From: Sinorhizobium phage AP-16-3
DNA length: 32,000 bases
Sequence record: OP484857.1
Strand: one strand, 5' to 3'
Both the position numbers and the translations under genes were made by a program. The notes below the pieces were generated by a model. It was not told where the DNA came from. It was given only the letters and a program-made list of their open reading frames with translations, and did no database searches. Shown here piece by piece: positions 9,357-17,755 of this stretch (positions within the stretch are counted from its first letter, which is position 1; every line of letters starts with the position of its first letter).

Positions 9357-9710
9357 ATGCGCGGCGCAGAGGAGATAGTCTGGGCGGGCGGCGAGCACGC
9401 CTTCCGCCTCGGAATCGGCGAGCTTCGCGCGATCGAGCAAAAATGCGACGCGGGCACAGCCGTCGTGCTCATGCGGTTGCTCTCAACTGCTTGGAAGATC
9501 GATGACGTCGTCGCGCCAATCAGGCTTGGCTTGGTGGGTGGCGGGATGTCTGAGCGCGATGCGCAGAAGACGATCGATGCGGCTATGGACGTTGCCAGCC
9601 CGTACGCTCTCGCCGTCACCGCAGCCGAAGTCCTGCGTCGGTTCGTCATGTGGGAGAATCCCGATCAGCCGGGGGAGTTGGAGGCGGGGATAGAGGCGGA
9701 AAGCAACTAG
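9357..9710 (+). CDS. Tail assembly chaperone, GTA-type gene-transfer-agent family
   Basis: VWAGGEHAFRLGIGELRAIEQKCDAGTAVVLMRLLS...WKIDDVVAPIRLGLVGGGM. Confidence 0.8.
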   Translation: MRGAEEIVWAGGEHAFRLGIGELRAIEQKCDAGTAVVLMRLLSTAWKIDDVVAPIRLGLVGGGMSERDAQKTIDAAMDVASPYALAVTAAEVLRRFVMWENPDQPGELEAGIEAESN

Positions 9711-9919
9711 ACCCGCTACCGAACGGAGCGACGCGCTGGTCGACATACTACGCCGCTGGCGCGGTTATGGGCTTCACCCCTCGCGCCATCGACGACATGA
9801 CTCTATGGGAATTCGATTGCTGTTATGAAGGCTATCGGAAATCTCACCAGACCGAAGAAGACGCGCCGCCTCCAATGGCCGACGATCAGTTGGCTGAGCT
9901 TGGCATCCAAGGATTCTAG
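9650..9919 (+). CDS. Second tail assembly chaperone reading frame, possibly expressed by frameshift
   Basis: WSTYYAAGAVMGFTPRAIDDMTLWEFDCCYEGYRKSH follows directly in the -1 frame; ORF overlaps the 9357 ORF by 61 nt. The true start is uncertain. Confidence 0.6.
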   Translation: MGESRSAGGVGGGDRGGKQLDPLPNGATRWSTYYAAGAVMGFTPRAIDDMTLWEFDCCYEGYRKSHQTEEDAPPPMADDQLAELGIQGF

Positions 9920-10083
9920 TTGTCGCCCAACCGGCGCATCGTTTCCTTGTTTCGCTCTAACAGGGCGTTGACCTGAGCATCACGAGAATACTTGGCGTCG
10001 TATTCCAGAGACGCCAAGTAGCCTCCCCCGCCGATTATCACGACGCAGGCGGAAGCTATCAGCATTTTGAGCCAGGTATCCAT
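9916..10083 (-). CDS. Small single-pass membrane protein (not in supplied ORF track)
   Basis: Minus-strand translation MDTWLKMLIASACVVIIGGGGYLASLEYDAKYSRDAQVNALLERNKETMRRLGDN; AGAGGGA ribosome-binding site just upstream of ATG; predicted TM helix. Confidence 0.65.
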   Translation of the reverse strand: MDTWLKMLIASACVVIIGGGGYLASLEYDAKYSRDAQVNALLERNKETMRRLGDN

Positions 10084-10143
10084 GGTTCCCTCTTTTTTGC
10101 GCGCACTATCGCAGATTGTGCGGCGCTTGTCTATTACAGGTGA

Positions 10144-12726
10144 TTGATGGCCGCCAATGACGATACCGCTCGCCTGTTAGTTTCGATCGAGGCGACGCAG
10201 GCCCGCTTTGCCAAAGACATGGCTAAAATTGCGAAGGCCGCGGGTGACACGGCGGGCGGCGTCGAGCGCACATTTCAAAAAGCCAATGACAACGTTGGCA
10301 GGAGCTTTGAGCGCGGTTCACGGCAGGCGACATCGTCAATGCGGCAGTCGTCGGCTGCAGTTTCAAACCTGTCATTTCAGCTAAACGATATCGCGATGGG
10401 ACTTGCCTCCGGCACGTCGCCATTCACGATCATGGTCCAGCAGGGCAGCCAGGTGTCGCAGGTGCTGCAGGGGAGCGGCGGCCTTTTGGGTGCCGTGAAG
10501 ACTCTCGGTGGCGCGTTTGCGACGATGGTCAATCCCGTCTCGCTGGCCTCCTTCGCTCTGATCGGCCTGACTGGCGCCGCGGTGCAGTATCTTACGACGC
10601 TAGGTTCTGGGGTGCCGGAAGCCGAGGAGCTTCTAAAAGAGCACGCCAACGTCATCAAGTCGTTTGACGAGGCTTGGGGGATCGCCGAGAAAGGCGTCAA
10701 GGGATATTCCGACGCCGTCAAGCAGATCGAACTGCAGAAGCTGAAAGACGAATTCGGCAGCCTGCAGGCGGCAATCAAGGCGGCCGGCGACGACCTGGCT
10801 GGTGAAATCCTCGGAATCTCTGTCGATGAGTTTGGCGGCGCAACAAAGTCGGTCGCGGACTTCAACAAGGCGCTTACTCTGCTTGAGCAGGATATCCCCG
10901 ACTTTCGCCAGTTCTCGATTGAGATGGGCAAGATTGAGGAGATGACCGGCATCCCGAACAACATTCGGGAGCTCGCCAAGCAGTTGCGCCTGTCTGCGCA
11001 GGAATCGCTACCGCTGCAGGATGCGCTGGAGGAGGCCGACAAGCGCCTGAACGTCATTCGCTTGAGCGCGGAAGATGCGAAGGCTGCGTTTGCAGCGCTC
11101 ACTTCGTCCGCACTCGGCATGGGCACTGCTGGCGGGGATGCGGTCAGCACCATTGCGGCAAAAGTCAAGAACGACCTGATTCCGGCGATGACGCAGGCCA
11201 TTCAGCAGGTTGCCGAGTACGCGAAGAATTTCAGCTCGCTGCAGGAGCAAGTTAATAAAAGCCCGCTGGGGCAGTTGTCACCGATATTCTCCGGCGGTGG
11301 GCAATTCCTCAACGAAGACCAGAACAACACATTCCGCGCAGGCGAAGAGCGCTACCGGATAGCCGGCGAGAGTGCTGCGGCACAGATGGTCAAGGGCTTT
11401 GAGGGCTTCATTTCCAAGGCCAAGTGGGACGTTAATGCGTTCCGTGTTGGCTTCGGCAGTGACACTGTCACGCGCGCTAACGGCGCCATCGAGAAAGTCA
11501 CCAAAGACACGGTCGTTTCACTGGCCGATGCGCAGCGTGATCTCGAGCGGCGATTGGTGGAATTCCAGAACGGGATCCAGCAGGCGGTCGGTATCGACAC
11601 ATGGAATAGCCTAAACGAGGCGCAGCAAGCCGCTCTGACATCGATAGCCTACAACTACGGTGAATTGCCGCAACGCATTGTCGCGGCGATTGAGAGTGGT
11701 GGCGGCGCCGAGGCAGTGGCAAACGCGATAGCCGGCCTCGGAAGCGACAACGGTGGCATCAACAAGCGTCGTCGTAACGAAGAGGCGCAATCCTTCCTGT
11801 CTGGCACTGGCATCTCCATGAGTGAGGCTGGGCTAGGCACCAGCGGCAAGAAGACGCCTGCCGAGTTGTTCCAAGGTGACGTTCAGCAGATACAGGCGCG
11901 CATAGCGGCGCTCAACGCCGAGTTCGAAGCGCAATCTCGCCTCAACCCGCTTGTCACTGACTACGGTTATGCCGTTGAAAAGGCGAGAATAGAACAGCAA
12001 CTGCTGTCCGAGGCGCAAAAAGCCGGCTTGGAAGTCACGCCGGAACTGCAGGCACAGATTGGCGCGCTGGCGGAAAATTACGCCAAGGCGTCTTCGGCCA
12101 GCGAACGTCTGAAGGACTCGCAGCAAAAGGCGGTTGACGCAGCCAAGCAGTTCTCCGGTCTGGGGCAGGAGGTTGTCGGCGGCTTCATCAGTGATTTGCG
12201 TAGCGGCGCGTCCGCGGCAGAGGCACTGAGTAATGCGCTGAACAAGGTTCTCGACAAGATCATCGATATCGGTATCGAGAGCCTATTCTCTGGCGGCCTT
12301 CTCGGTGGTGGCGGAGCGGGCGGCCTTCTTGGTGGCTTCCTCATCCCCGGAATCCTGCACAGCGGCGGTGTCGCTGGCAAGGATGGCTACGGCCATGGCC
12401 GCGCCGTTTCTCCGTCTACGTTCGCAGGAGCCAAGCGTTACCACACAGGCGGCGTTGCTGGCCTCATGCCGGGAGAAGTGCCCGCGATTCTGCAACGCGG
12501 CGAGGTTGTTTTGCCCAGGGGTACGAAGATGGGAGGCGCGCAGGGCGTGCAAGTACAGGTCGGCGTCAGTGTCGATAATGACGGGCAACTGCAGGCTTAC
12601 GTCAAGAGCGTTAGCCAGCAGGAAGTGGCCGCATCGGCGCCGCGGATATTAAGCGCCGCAAATCAGCAGGCTCCTGCTGCGGTTGCGCAGCATCAGCGGA
12701 CAAAAGGTGGGGCGGAGTGGCGTTGA
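10144..12726 (+). CDS. Tail tape measure protein with internal lysozyme-like segment
   Basis: 860 aa; N-terminal Ala/Gly-rich helical region with VQQGSQVSQVLQGSGGLLGAVKTL, phage lysozyme-like segment, Gly-rich hydrophobic C-terminus GLFSGGLLGGGGAGGLLGGFL...LMPGEVPAILQRGEVVLP. Confidence 0.92.
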   Translation: MMAANDDTARLLVSIEATQARFAKDMAKIAKAAGDTAGGVERTFQKANDNVGRSFERGSRQATSSMRQSSAAVSNLSFQLNDIAMGLASGTSPFTIMVQQGSQVSQVLQGSGGLLGAVKTLGGAFATMVNPVSLASFALIGLTGAAVQYLTTLGSGVPEAEELLKEHANVIKSFDEAWGIAEKGVKGYSDAVKQIELQKLKDEFGSLQAAIKAAGDDLAGEILGISVDEFGGATKSVADFNKALTLLEQDIPDFRQFSIEMGKIEEMTGIPNNIRELAKQLRLSAQESLPLQDALEEADKRLNVIRLSAEDAKAAFAALTSSALGMGTAGGDAVSTIAAKVKNDLIPAMTQAIQQVAEYAKNFSSLQEQVNKSPLGQLSPIFSGGGQFLNEDQNNTFRAGEERYRIAGESAAAQMVKGFEGFISKAKWDVNAFRVGFGSDTVTRANGAIEKVTKDTVVSLADAQRDLERRLVEFQNGIQQAVGIDTWNSLNEAQQAALTSIAYNYGELPQRIVAAIESGGGAEAVANAIAGLGSDNGGINKRRRNEEAQSFLSGTGISMSEAGLGTSGKKTPAELFQGDVQQIQARIAALNAEFEAQSRLNPLVTDYGYAVEKARIEQQLLSEAQKAGLEVTPELQAQIGALAENYAKASSASERLKDSQQKAVDAAKQFSGLGQEVVGGFISDLRSGASAAEALSNALNKVLDKIIDIGIESLFSGGLLGGGGAGGLLGGFLIPGILHSGGVAGKDGYGHGRAVSPSTFAGAKRYHTGGVAGLMPGEVPAILQRGEVVLPRGTKMGGAQGVQVQVGVSVDNDGQLQAYVKSVSQQEVAASAPRILSAANQQAPAAVAQHQRTKGGAEWR

Positions 12727-12739
12727 TCTCCGCCCCACC

Positions 12740-12768
12740 TTGACAAATTTGTGAAACTACACTATCTT
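12740..12768 (+). promoter_or_regulatory. Sigma70-like promoter with palindromic operator upstream of GIY-YIG gene
   Basis: TTGACA (12740-12745), 17 nt, TATCTT (12763-12768); ACAAATTTGT at 12743-12752. Confidence 0.75.
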
Positions 12769-12782
12769 GCTTTGTTCAGTTT

Positions 12783-13703
12783 GTGCGGAAAGTGATGGTG
12801 AGCGAAAAAGCAGATAGGTGCGTTTATTTCCATCGCCGACCCGATACCGGCGATGTTTTCTATGTCGGTATTGGATCTGCTGTCAGGGCGGCGTCTTCCA
12901 GCGGAAGAAATGGCAGATGGAAAGACATTGTGTCGGAGTACGGCAAGCCGGTCGTGGAGATCGTTGCAGATAACTTGACGACAGAAGATGCCGCCAACAT
13001 TGAAAGGTCGTGGATACGCCATTTTGGCCTGCAGAACCTTGCCAACATATCCCCTGGCGGCGACAGCGTTTTCGGCTTCAGTCACTCGCATGAGACGAGG
13101 AGAAGGTTGAGTGAGGCAGGAAAGGGCCGGGCCGTCTCAGAAGAGACAAGAAAAAAGATTGGTGACGCTAATAGAGGCAAAAAGCGCACCGAAGAAGTGA
13201 AGAGCAGAATGAGCATCGCGCGGGTCGGAAGAGCGCTCGCGGAGGATACTCGCAGAAAGATTAGCATCTCGCACATCGGGATATCCCCATCTGCAGAGAC
13301 CCGCAAAAAGCTGAGCGACGCGAACAAAGGCAAGTCTCCGTCGGAAGAGACGAGGGCCAAGATGAGTGCTGCCGGCAAGGGGAGAGTGAAATCTCCAGAG
13401 CATCTTCGCAATATTGGCGATGCGCTTAAGGGCAAACCAAAGTCAGAAGAAACTCGGCGCAAGCTTAGCGAATCGAAATCCAACGAGCACAGCAAGGGCA
13501 GAGACGCGACTGTCTACAAGTTCACACACGATGATCACGGAACTGCGGAATTAACTAGATATAAAATGCGCGTCGAGTTCGGACTTCCCAAGAAGAGGAT
13601 TGGGGACTTAGTTACCGGCGCGCGGAAGTCCTACAGGGGGTGGCGCATCCTTGCGGCCGCAAATGACAACAACGATGCGGATGCGCAGAGCGGAGTGACC
13701 TAA
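12783..13703 (+). CDS. GIY-YIG homing-type endonuclease with NUMOD3 repeats
   Basis: CVYFHRRPDTGDVFYVGIGSAVRA (GIY-YIG-like), repeated SEETRKKIGDANRGKK / SAETRKKLSDANKGKSPSEETRAKMSAAGKG / SEETRRKLSESKS (NUMOD3-like DNA-binding motifs). GTG 12783 or ATG 12795 start. Confidence 0.87.
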   Translation: MRKVMVSEKADRCVYFHRRPDTGDVFYVGIGSAVRAASSSGRNGRWKDIVSEYGKPVVEIVADNLTTEDAANIERSWIRHFGLQNLANISPGGDSVFGFSHSHETRRRLSEAGKGRAVSEETRKKIGDANRGKKRTEEVKSRMSIARVGRALAEDTRRKISISHIGISPSAETRKKLSDANKGKSPSEETRAKMSAAGKGRVKSPEHLRNIGDALKGKPKSEETRRKLSESKSNEHSKGRDATVYKFTHDDHGTAELTRYKMRVEFGLPKKRIGDLVTGARKSYRGWRILAAANDNNDADAQSGVT

Positions 13704-14404
13704 TGACGATTCTGGAATGGCCCATTTGCGTCCTCCGCCCACAGTCGGCATCCGCCAACCTCGTTCCGTTCTCCCGCTCAGGCGGGAGAACGCTCGGCGG
13801 CATCGAGCCGTCTACTCGGACGGACCTCGGATTTTGGGCGATCGATTACCAGAACGTCGTCCTCCAGAACCGCAACCGCGAGCAATGGCAAACGTGGAAT
13901 GCGATTAGGCAGAAACTCGGCGGACGCCCCGGCTTGATAGCCGTGCGCGTTCGCTCGTCGCTGTCGGCGCCTTACGTCTCCGGCAAATTCGAGCCGGTTA
14001 TTGAGACGGACCACAGCGACGACAGCCCGTTTGACGACGACACGCCATACACGCAGGGCGCCATATCGGTCGTTACCGACGGCGTGACGGCGGTGGGCGC
14101 AACGTCCATCAGGCTGCGCATTATCAACGCCGACGCGAACTTGGTGGGCGTGCGATTTTCGTACAATCACGCCCTTTACGAAACGGGGCCGGTTACGTCG
14201 ATAAGCGGCGATATCTGGACCGTGCCGATTTCGCCTTCGGTGCGCGAACTCATTCCTGCCGGCGCCGATCTCGAGTTCGACCAGCCGACGTGCCTTTGCC
14301 ACCTGGCGGAGGACCGCGGCATGGACATCGACCAGAACGCGGTCGGGAAGTTTTCGTTGCCGTCTGTCTCGTTTGTCGAGGCGGTGGATTATTGGAATCA
14401 ATAG
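13703..14404 (+). CDS. Phage tail-associated hypothetical protein
   Basis: 233 aa, TAATG overlap with preceding gene; position between tape measure and DUF2163-like protein; FWAIDYQNVVLQNRNREQWQTWNAIRQKLGGRPG. Confidence 0.7.
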   Translation: MTILEWPICVLRPQSASANLVPFSRSGGRTLGGIEPSTRTDLGFWAIDYQNVVLQNRNREQWQTWNAIRQKLGGRPGLIAVRVRSSLSAPYVSGKFEPVIETDHSDDSPFDDDTPYTQGAISVVTDGVTAVGATSIRLRIINADANLVGVRFSYNHALYETGPVTSISGDIWTVPISPSVRELIPAGADLEFDQPTCLCHLAEDRGMDIDQNAVGKFSLPSVSFVEAVDYWNQ

Positions 14405-14413
14405 GAGGGGCGC

Positions 14414-14578
14414 ATGTACAAGGTTATTGACCTACTCGAGGACAAGCACACCACCGTAGAGGCCACCCTGAACGAGTGGGCCGCGAAAGGGTACGAGCCT
14501 TTCCAAGTGATACGGCGCGCCACCTACAGCTGGCGGCTGATCTTCCGGCGTGTCGGCGGGGCGCAGGATGGCAATTAA
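14414..14578 (+). CDS. Small hypothetical protein (not in ORF track)
   Basis: MYKVIDLLEDKHTTVEATLNEWAAKGYEPFQVIRRATYSWRLIFRRVGGAQDGN, preceded by AGGAGGGG ribosome-binding site. Confidence 0.65.
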   Translation: MYKVIDLLEDKHTTVEATLNEWAAKGYEPFQVIRRATYSWRLIFRRVGGAQDGN

Positions 14579-15140
14579 ATCGCTGCGCATCCTCTGCGAC
14601 GTCGTGTTGCCGGAGGAGACCATTCGCGTGTGGGATGGCTCGGGCGGCACGTTCGTTGACGGCGATGGCAATTTCTATCGGCCGGCTCAGTTCACCGAAG
14701 ACGCGCTGCAGTCGCTCGAGGCCGCCATCAACGGCGAGGCGTTCACGCTAGCGCTGTCGCTGATCTCGGTGAGCCAGTCGGCTGCGGATAGCATCTGGGA
14801 GTATGACGAGGCGGCCAGCGTGCAAGGCTCTCCGTTCGTTGTGAAGCTGCAGATCCTTGACGAGGACGAGCAGCCAGATGGTGATCCGATCGTGGTCTTT
14901 TCCGGCGAGATCGACAACCTCGATGTTGCCGACGAGTCCACCGCGGACGGAATCAAGTCGGTTGTCAATCTGGAAGTCACCAACCGATTCACGCTGCGCA
15001 CCGTCACCAACGGCGCGGTTCTTTCGGACGTTGACCAGCGGGCGCGATCTGCGCTGCTCAATCCGTCTGCGGCCGATGACGAGTTCTGTAAGCGCGTCCC
15101 GCTGATGAGGGACCAGACCATAAAATGGCCCAACTGGTAG
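14568..15140 (+). CDS. Phage tail protein, DUF2163-like
   Basis: LSLISVSQSAADSIWEYDEAASVQGSPFVVKLQILDEDEQPDGDPIVVFSGEIDNLDVAD; ATG 14568 overlaps the previous stop. Confidence 0.65.
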   Translation: MAIKSLRILCDVVLPEETIRVWDGSGGTFVDGDGNFYRPAQFTEDALQSLEAAINGEAFTLALSLISVSQSAADSIWEYDEAASVQGSPFVVKLQILDEDEQPDGDPIVVFSGEIDNLDVADESTADGIKSVVNLEVTNRFTLRTVTNGAVLSDVDQRARSALLNPSAADDEFCKRVPLMRDQTIKWPNW

Positions 15141-15550
15141 GGGCTGAACCGCCTTTTGCGGATACCCTTGCCGCCTTCCTTGCCGACAACAACGTTCGCC
15201 CTTGGCAACCCGGCCGAGTGGATTGCTGCATGGTGCTCGCCGACTGGGCGGTGTGGCTCGGCCATCCGGACCCCGCCGCACACCTGCGTGGCGCCTACGA
15301 CAGCGACGAAGGCTTCCGTGCCATCATAGCAGCAGCGGGCAGCGTTCCCGCGTTGGTGGCCAAGTGTGTGCCCACTAGCGGCAAGCGCATCCAGCACCCG
15401 CAGCGTGGCGCCATCGGCGTCATCGGCAGCCCATCAAACATTCATCGCCAGTTCGGCGCCATCCACGACGGCAGTGGCTGGCTTGTGCGCATGCACGGCG
15501 GCTTCGGCCGGATGACGGCGAAAACTCTTGCGGCCTGGGAAATCCGGTAG
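15125..15550 (+). CDS. Tail-tip NlpC/P60-like (DUF6950-like) protein
   Basis: FLADNNVRPWQPGRVDCCMVLADWAVWLGHPDPAAHLRGAYDSDEGFRAII; conserved D-C-[CT] active-site style motif and late GAIGV/GAIHDG region. Confidence 0.75.
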   Translation: MAQLVGAEPPFADTLAAFLADNNVRPWQPGRVDCCMVLADWAVWLGHPDPAAHLRGAYDSDEGFRAIIAAAGSVPALVAKCVPTSGKRIQHPQRGAIGVIGSPSNIHRQFGAIHDGSGWLVRMHGGFGRMTAKTLAAWEIR

Positions 15551-15572
15551 CCGCGGACGCGGAGTTACCAAT

Positions 15573-17681
15573 TTGCCAGGCATTATTGAGACTATTTCGC
15601 TGATCGTGTCTTCGCTGGCGACGACGACGGCCCTTGCCAACGCGCTCTACCTCGGCACGTCGGCGCTGCTTTACGGCGGTATCGCGGCCGGAGCTCTGGC
15701 GCTGCAAGGCGCGTTCGCTTCCAAGCCGGCGGTGCCGAAGCCAGACGACGGCAGCTACAACTTGAAACAGAGCGTTCCGTCTCTGCCGTACGTTCTGGGG
15801 CGGGTAAAGAAGGGTAGCGACTACGTCTTTCTGGAGGAGAAGGGCGGCAAAGCGCACCACATCATGGTGTGGGCGGGGCATCGCATCCACGCGTTTGTCT
15901 CCCATTACCTGCACGACGACAAGGCGACACTGAACGCCGACGGCGGCGTGACCGAGCCGGGTCATTACGACAAGGACGGCGTCAGCTTCGTTCACATCAA
16001 GACGAAGCTCGGGCTGAACGCCGAGACTGCCTATTCCGATGTCGTTACGGCATTCCCGACGATCTGGGACAATAATTGCCGCGGCGATGGCCTCGCTTCC
16101 GTCTACATGACGTGCAGGACTGTCGACCAGAAAGACTTTCTGGACGTCTACCCGAACCAAATGCCGGAACATTCGGCAGTTGGCGACGGGGCACTTCTGT
16201 ATGATCCGCGCAAGGACAGCACGCAGGGCGGCTCCGGATCGCACCGTTACGACAATCCGAGCACGTGGGAGTTCTCGACGAATCTGGCGCTTATGAGGCT
16301 CTGGCATCTTTGCCACCCGGTCGGCGGCAAGATGGCCTACGAGAACATGTATATGCCCGACTGGGCGAACGCAGCCAACGTCTGCGATCAGAACGTCACG
16401 AACCGCAGCGGAGCAACGGAGAAGCGCTATCACGGCGGCTTCTGGTTCCGCGCCAGCAACGACCCGATCGAAGTCGGCCGCATCATGGATGAAGCCGCCG
16501 AGCTCGTTGTCTACGAGCGCTCGGACGGCAAGATCGGCGTTCATGCAGGCGAGTTTGTGACGCCTGACGTGCGGCTGGAAGCCAAGAGCATTTACAGCAT
16601 CCGCGTCGACAAGAACAAGCGGCGCGCCAACACGGTGCTCGGCGTTCGCGGGCGGTACGTCAACACGTCCAAGGACTACATCACGGAAGACGCGGCGATC
16701 TATGGCGATCCGTATGCCGTCGTCGACGACAACACGGAGCGCACGCGGACCTTCGACAACGCGACAATCCAGAGCCACAACCATTGCCAGCGCAAGCAGA
16801 AACTGACGTTTGTCAGGGCGAACGCTCGGCGCGTGTCGGTGGTGGCGGACTACACGGCAGACGGCGTTAGGGATATCCCTTATCGGCGCTTTGTGACGGT
16901 TCATTATCCGTCGCGCGGGCTGGCCGAAGCCGTTGTTGAAATCACATCGAGCGTGACGATCGACCTGCGCAACATGCGCATTTCGTTCTCGGGCATTATC
17001 GTGTCGCCGAGCCTGTACGCCTTCAACGCGGCGACGGAAGAGGGCGAGCCCGGCGAATCCGTCGAGCCGTTGCCCGACGAGGGCGTTCCGACGCCTACCG
17101 GATTCGTTCCGACGATCCAAACGGAAGTCGTTTCGGGCGGAGCCACGGCAGCATTCATCAATGCGACGTGGACCTTCGTCGACGACACGCTGACCTACGA
17201 GCTCGAATACGACCGCACCAGCGGCTCGACGGGCGTGCAGTCGGTGTTCTCGGTTGCCGGCGATACGCAGGTGCGCTCCGGCTATCTCGTCGACGGCGAG
17301 GAATATCGCGTCAGGCTGAGGGCGTGGGGCGGCGGCACGAAGTCCGAATGGACCGATTACGTGCTTCTCACGGCTACGGCGGATCCGGTTGCGCCAGGTC
17401 CGGTTACGGGTGTGTCTGTGACGCCGGATGTTGGGCAGGCGGAATTCCAATGGACCGCGCCGAACTCGTCGAACTACTTCGCCTGCCGAATCTACATCAA
17501 CACCGTTGACGATCTGGGAACGGCGTCGCTTGCAGCAACCGAATACGGGCCGCCTAGCGCTACCGACCTGCGCGTCGTCACCTCACTAGCAGCCGGCACC
17601 TATTACGGCTGGCTTCGGTCGATCAACCCGTCTGGCGTGCCGGGCGATGAGGTCGCGACTGGGGCGTTTGTTGTGACGTAA
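15573..17681 (+). CDS. Tail tip / host-specificity protein with C-terminal fibronectin type III-like domains
   Basis: Hydrophobic N-terminus GIIETISLIVSSLATTTALANALY, QSVPSLPYVLGRVKKGSDYVFLEEKGGKAHHIMVWAGHRI, and PGPVTGVSVTPDVGQAEFQWTAPNSSNYFACRIYINT. TTG start proposed after CGGAG; the track ORF begins at 15528. Confidence 0.8.
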   Translation: MPGIIETISLIVSSLATTTALANALYLGTSALLYGGIAAGALALQGAFASKPAVPKPDDGSYNLKQSVPSLPYVLGRVKKGSDYVFLEEKGGKAHHIMVWAGHRIHAFVSHYLHDDKATLNADGGVTEPGHYDKDGVSFVHIKTKLGLNAETAYSDVVTAFPTIWDNNCRGDGLASVYMTCRTVDQKDFLDVYPNQMPEHSAVGDGALLYDPRKDSTQGGSGSHRYDNPSTWEFSTNLALMRLWHLCHPVGGKMAYENMYMPDWANAANVCDQNVTNRSGATEKRYHGGFWFRASNDPIEVGRIMDEAAELVVYERSDGKIGVHAGEFVTPDVRLEAKSIYSIRVDKNKRRANTVLGVRGRYVNTSKDYITEDAAIYGDPYAVVDDNTERTRTFDNATIQSHNHCQRKQKLTFVRANARRVSVVADYTADGVRDIPYRRFVTVHYPSRGLAEAVVEITSSVTIDLRNMRISFSGIIVSPSLYAFNAATEEGEPGESVEPLPDEGVPTPTGFVPTIQTEVVSGGATAAFINATWTFVDDTLTYELEYDRTSGSTGVQSVFSVAGDTQVRSGYLVDGEEYRVRLRAWGGGTKSEWTDYVLLTATADPVAPGPVTGVSVTPDVGQAEFQWTAPNSSNYFACRIYINTVDDLGTASLAATEYGPPSATDLRVVTSLAAGTYYGWLRSINPSGVPGDEVATGAFVVT

Positions 17682-17714
17682 CGCCACCCACCGACAGCAC
17701 AATCTGGATTTTGC

Positions 17715-17740
17715 AGCCCGCCCTCGCGCGGGCTTTTTCT
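17715..17740 (+). terminator. Rho-independent terminator upstream of tail spike gene
   Basis: AGCCCGC (17715-17721), 6-nt loop, GCGGGCT (17728-17734), then TTTTCTTT. Confidence 0.8.
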
Positions 17741-17755
17741 TTACATGGAGCAAGC

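Noticed and set aside
15420-17450. 676-aa minus-strand ORF opposite the tail tip gene
   Set aside because: Mirror ORF in high-GC coding DNA; the + strand frame has clear tail protein motifs, while the antisense product has biased Arg/Ala/Val composition and no recognisable domain.
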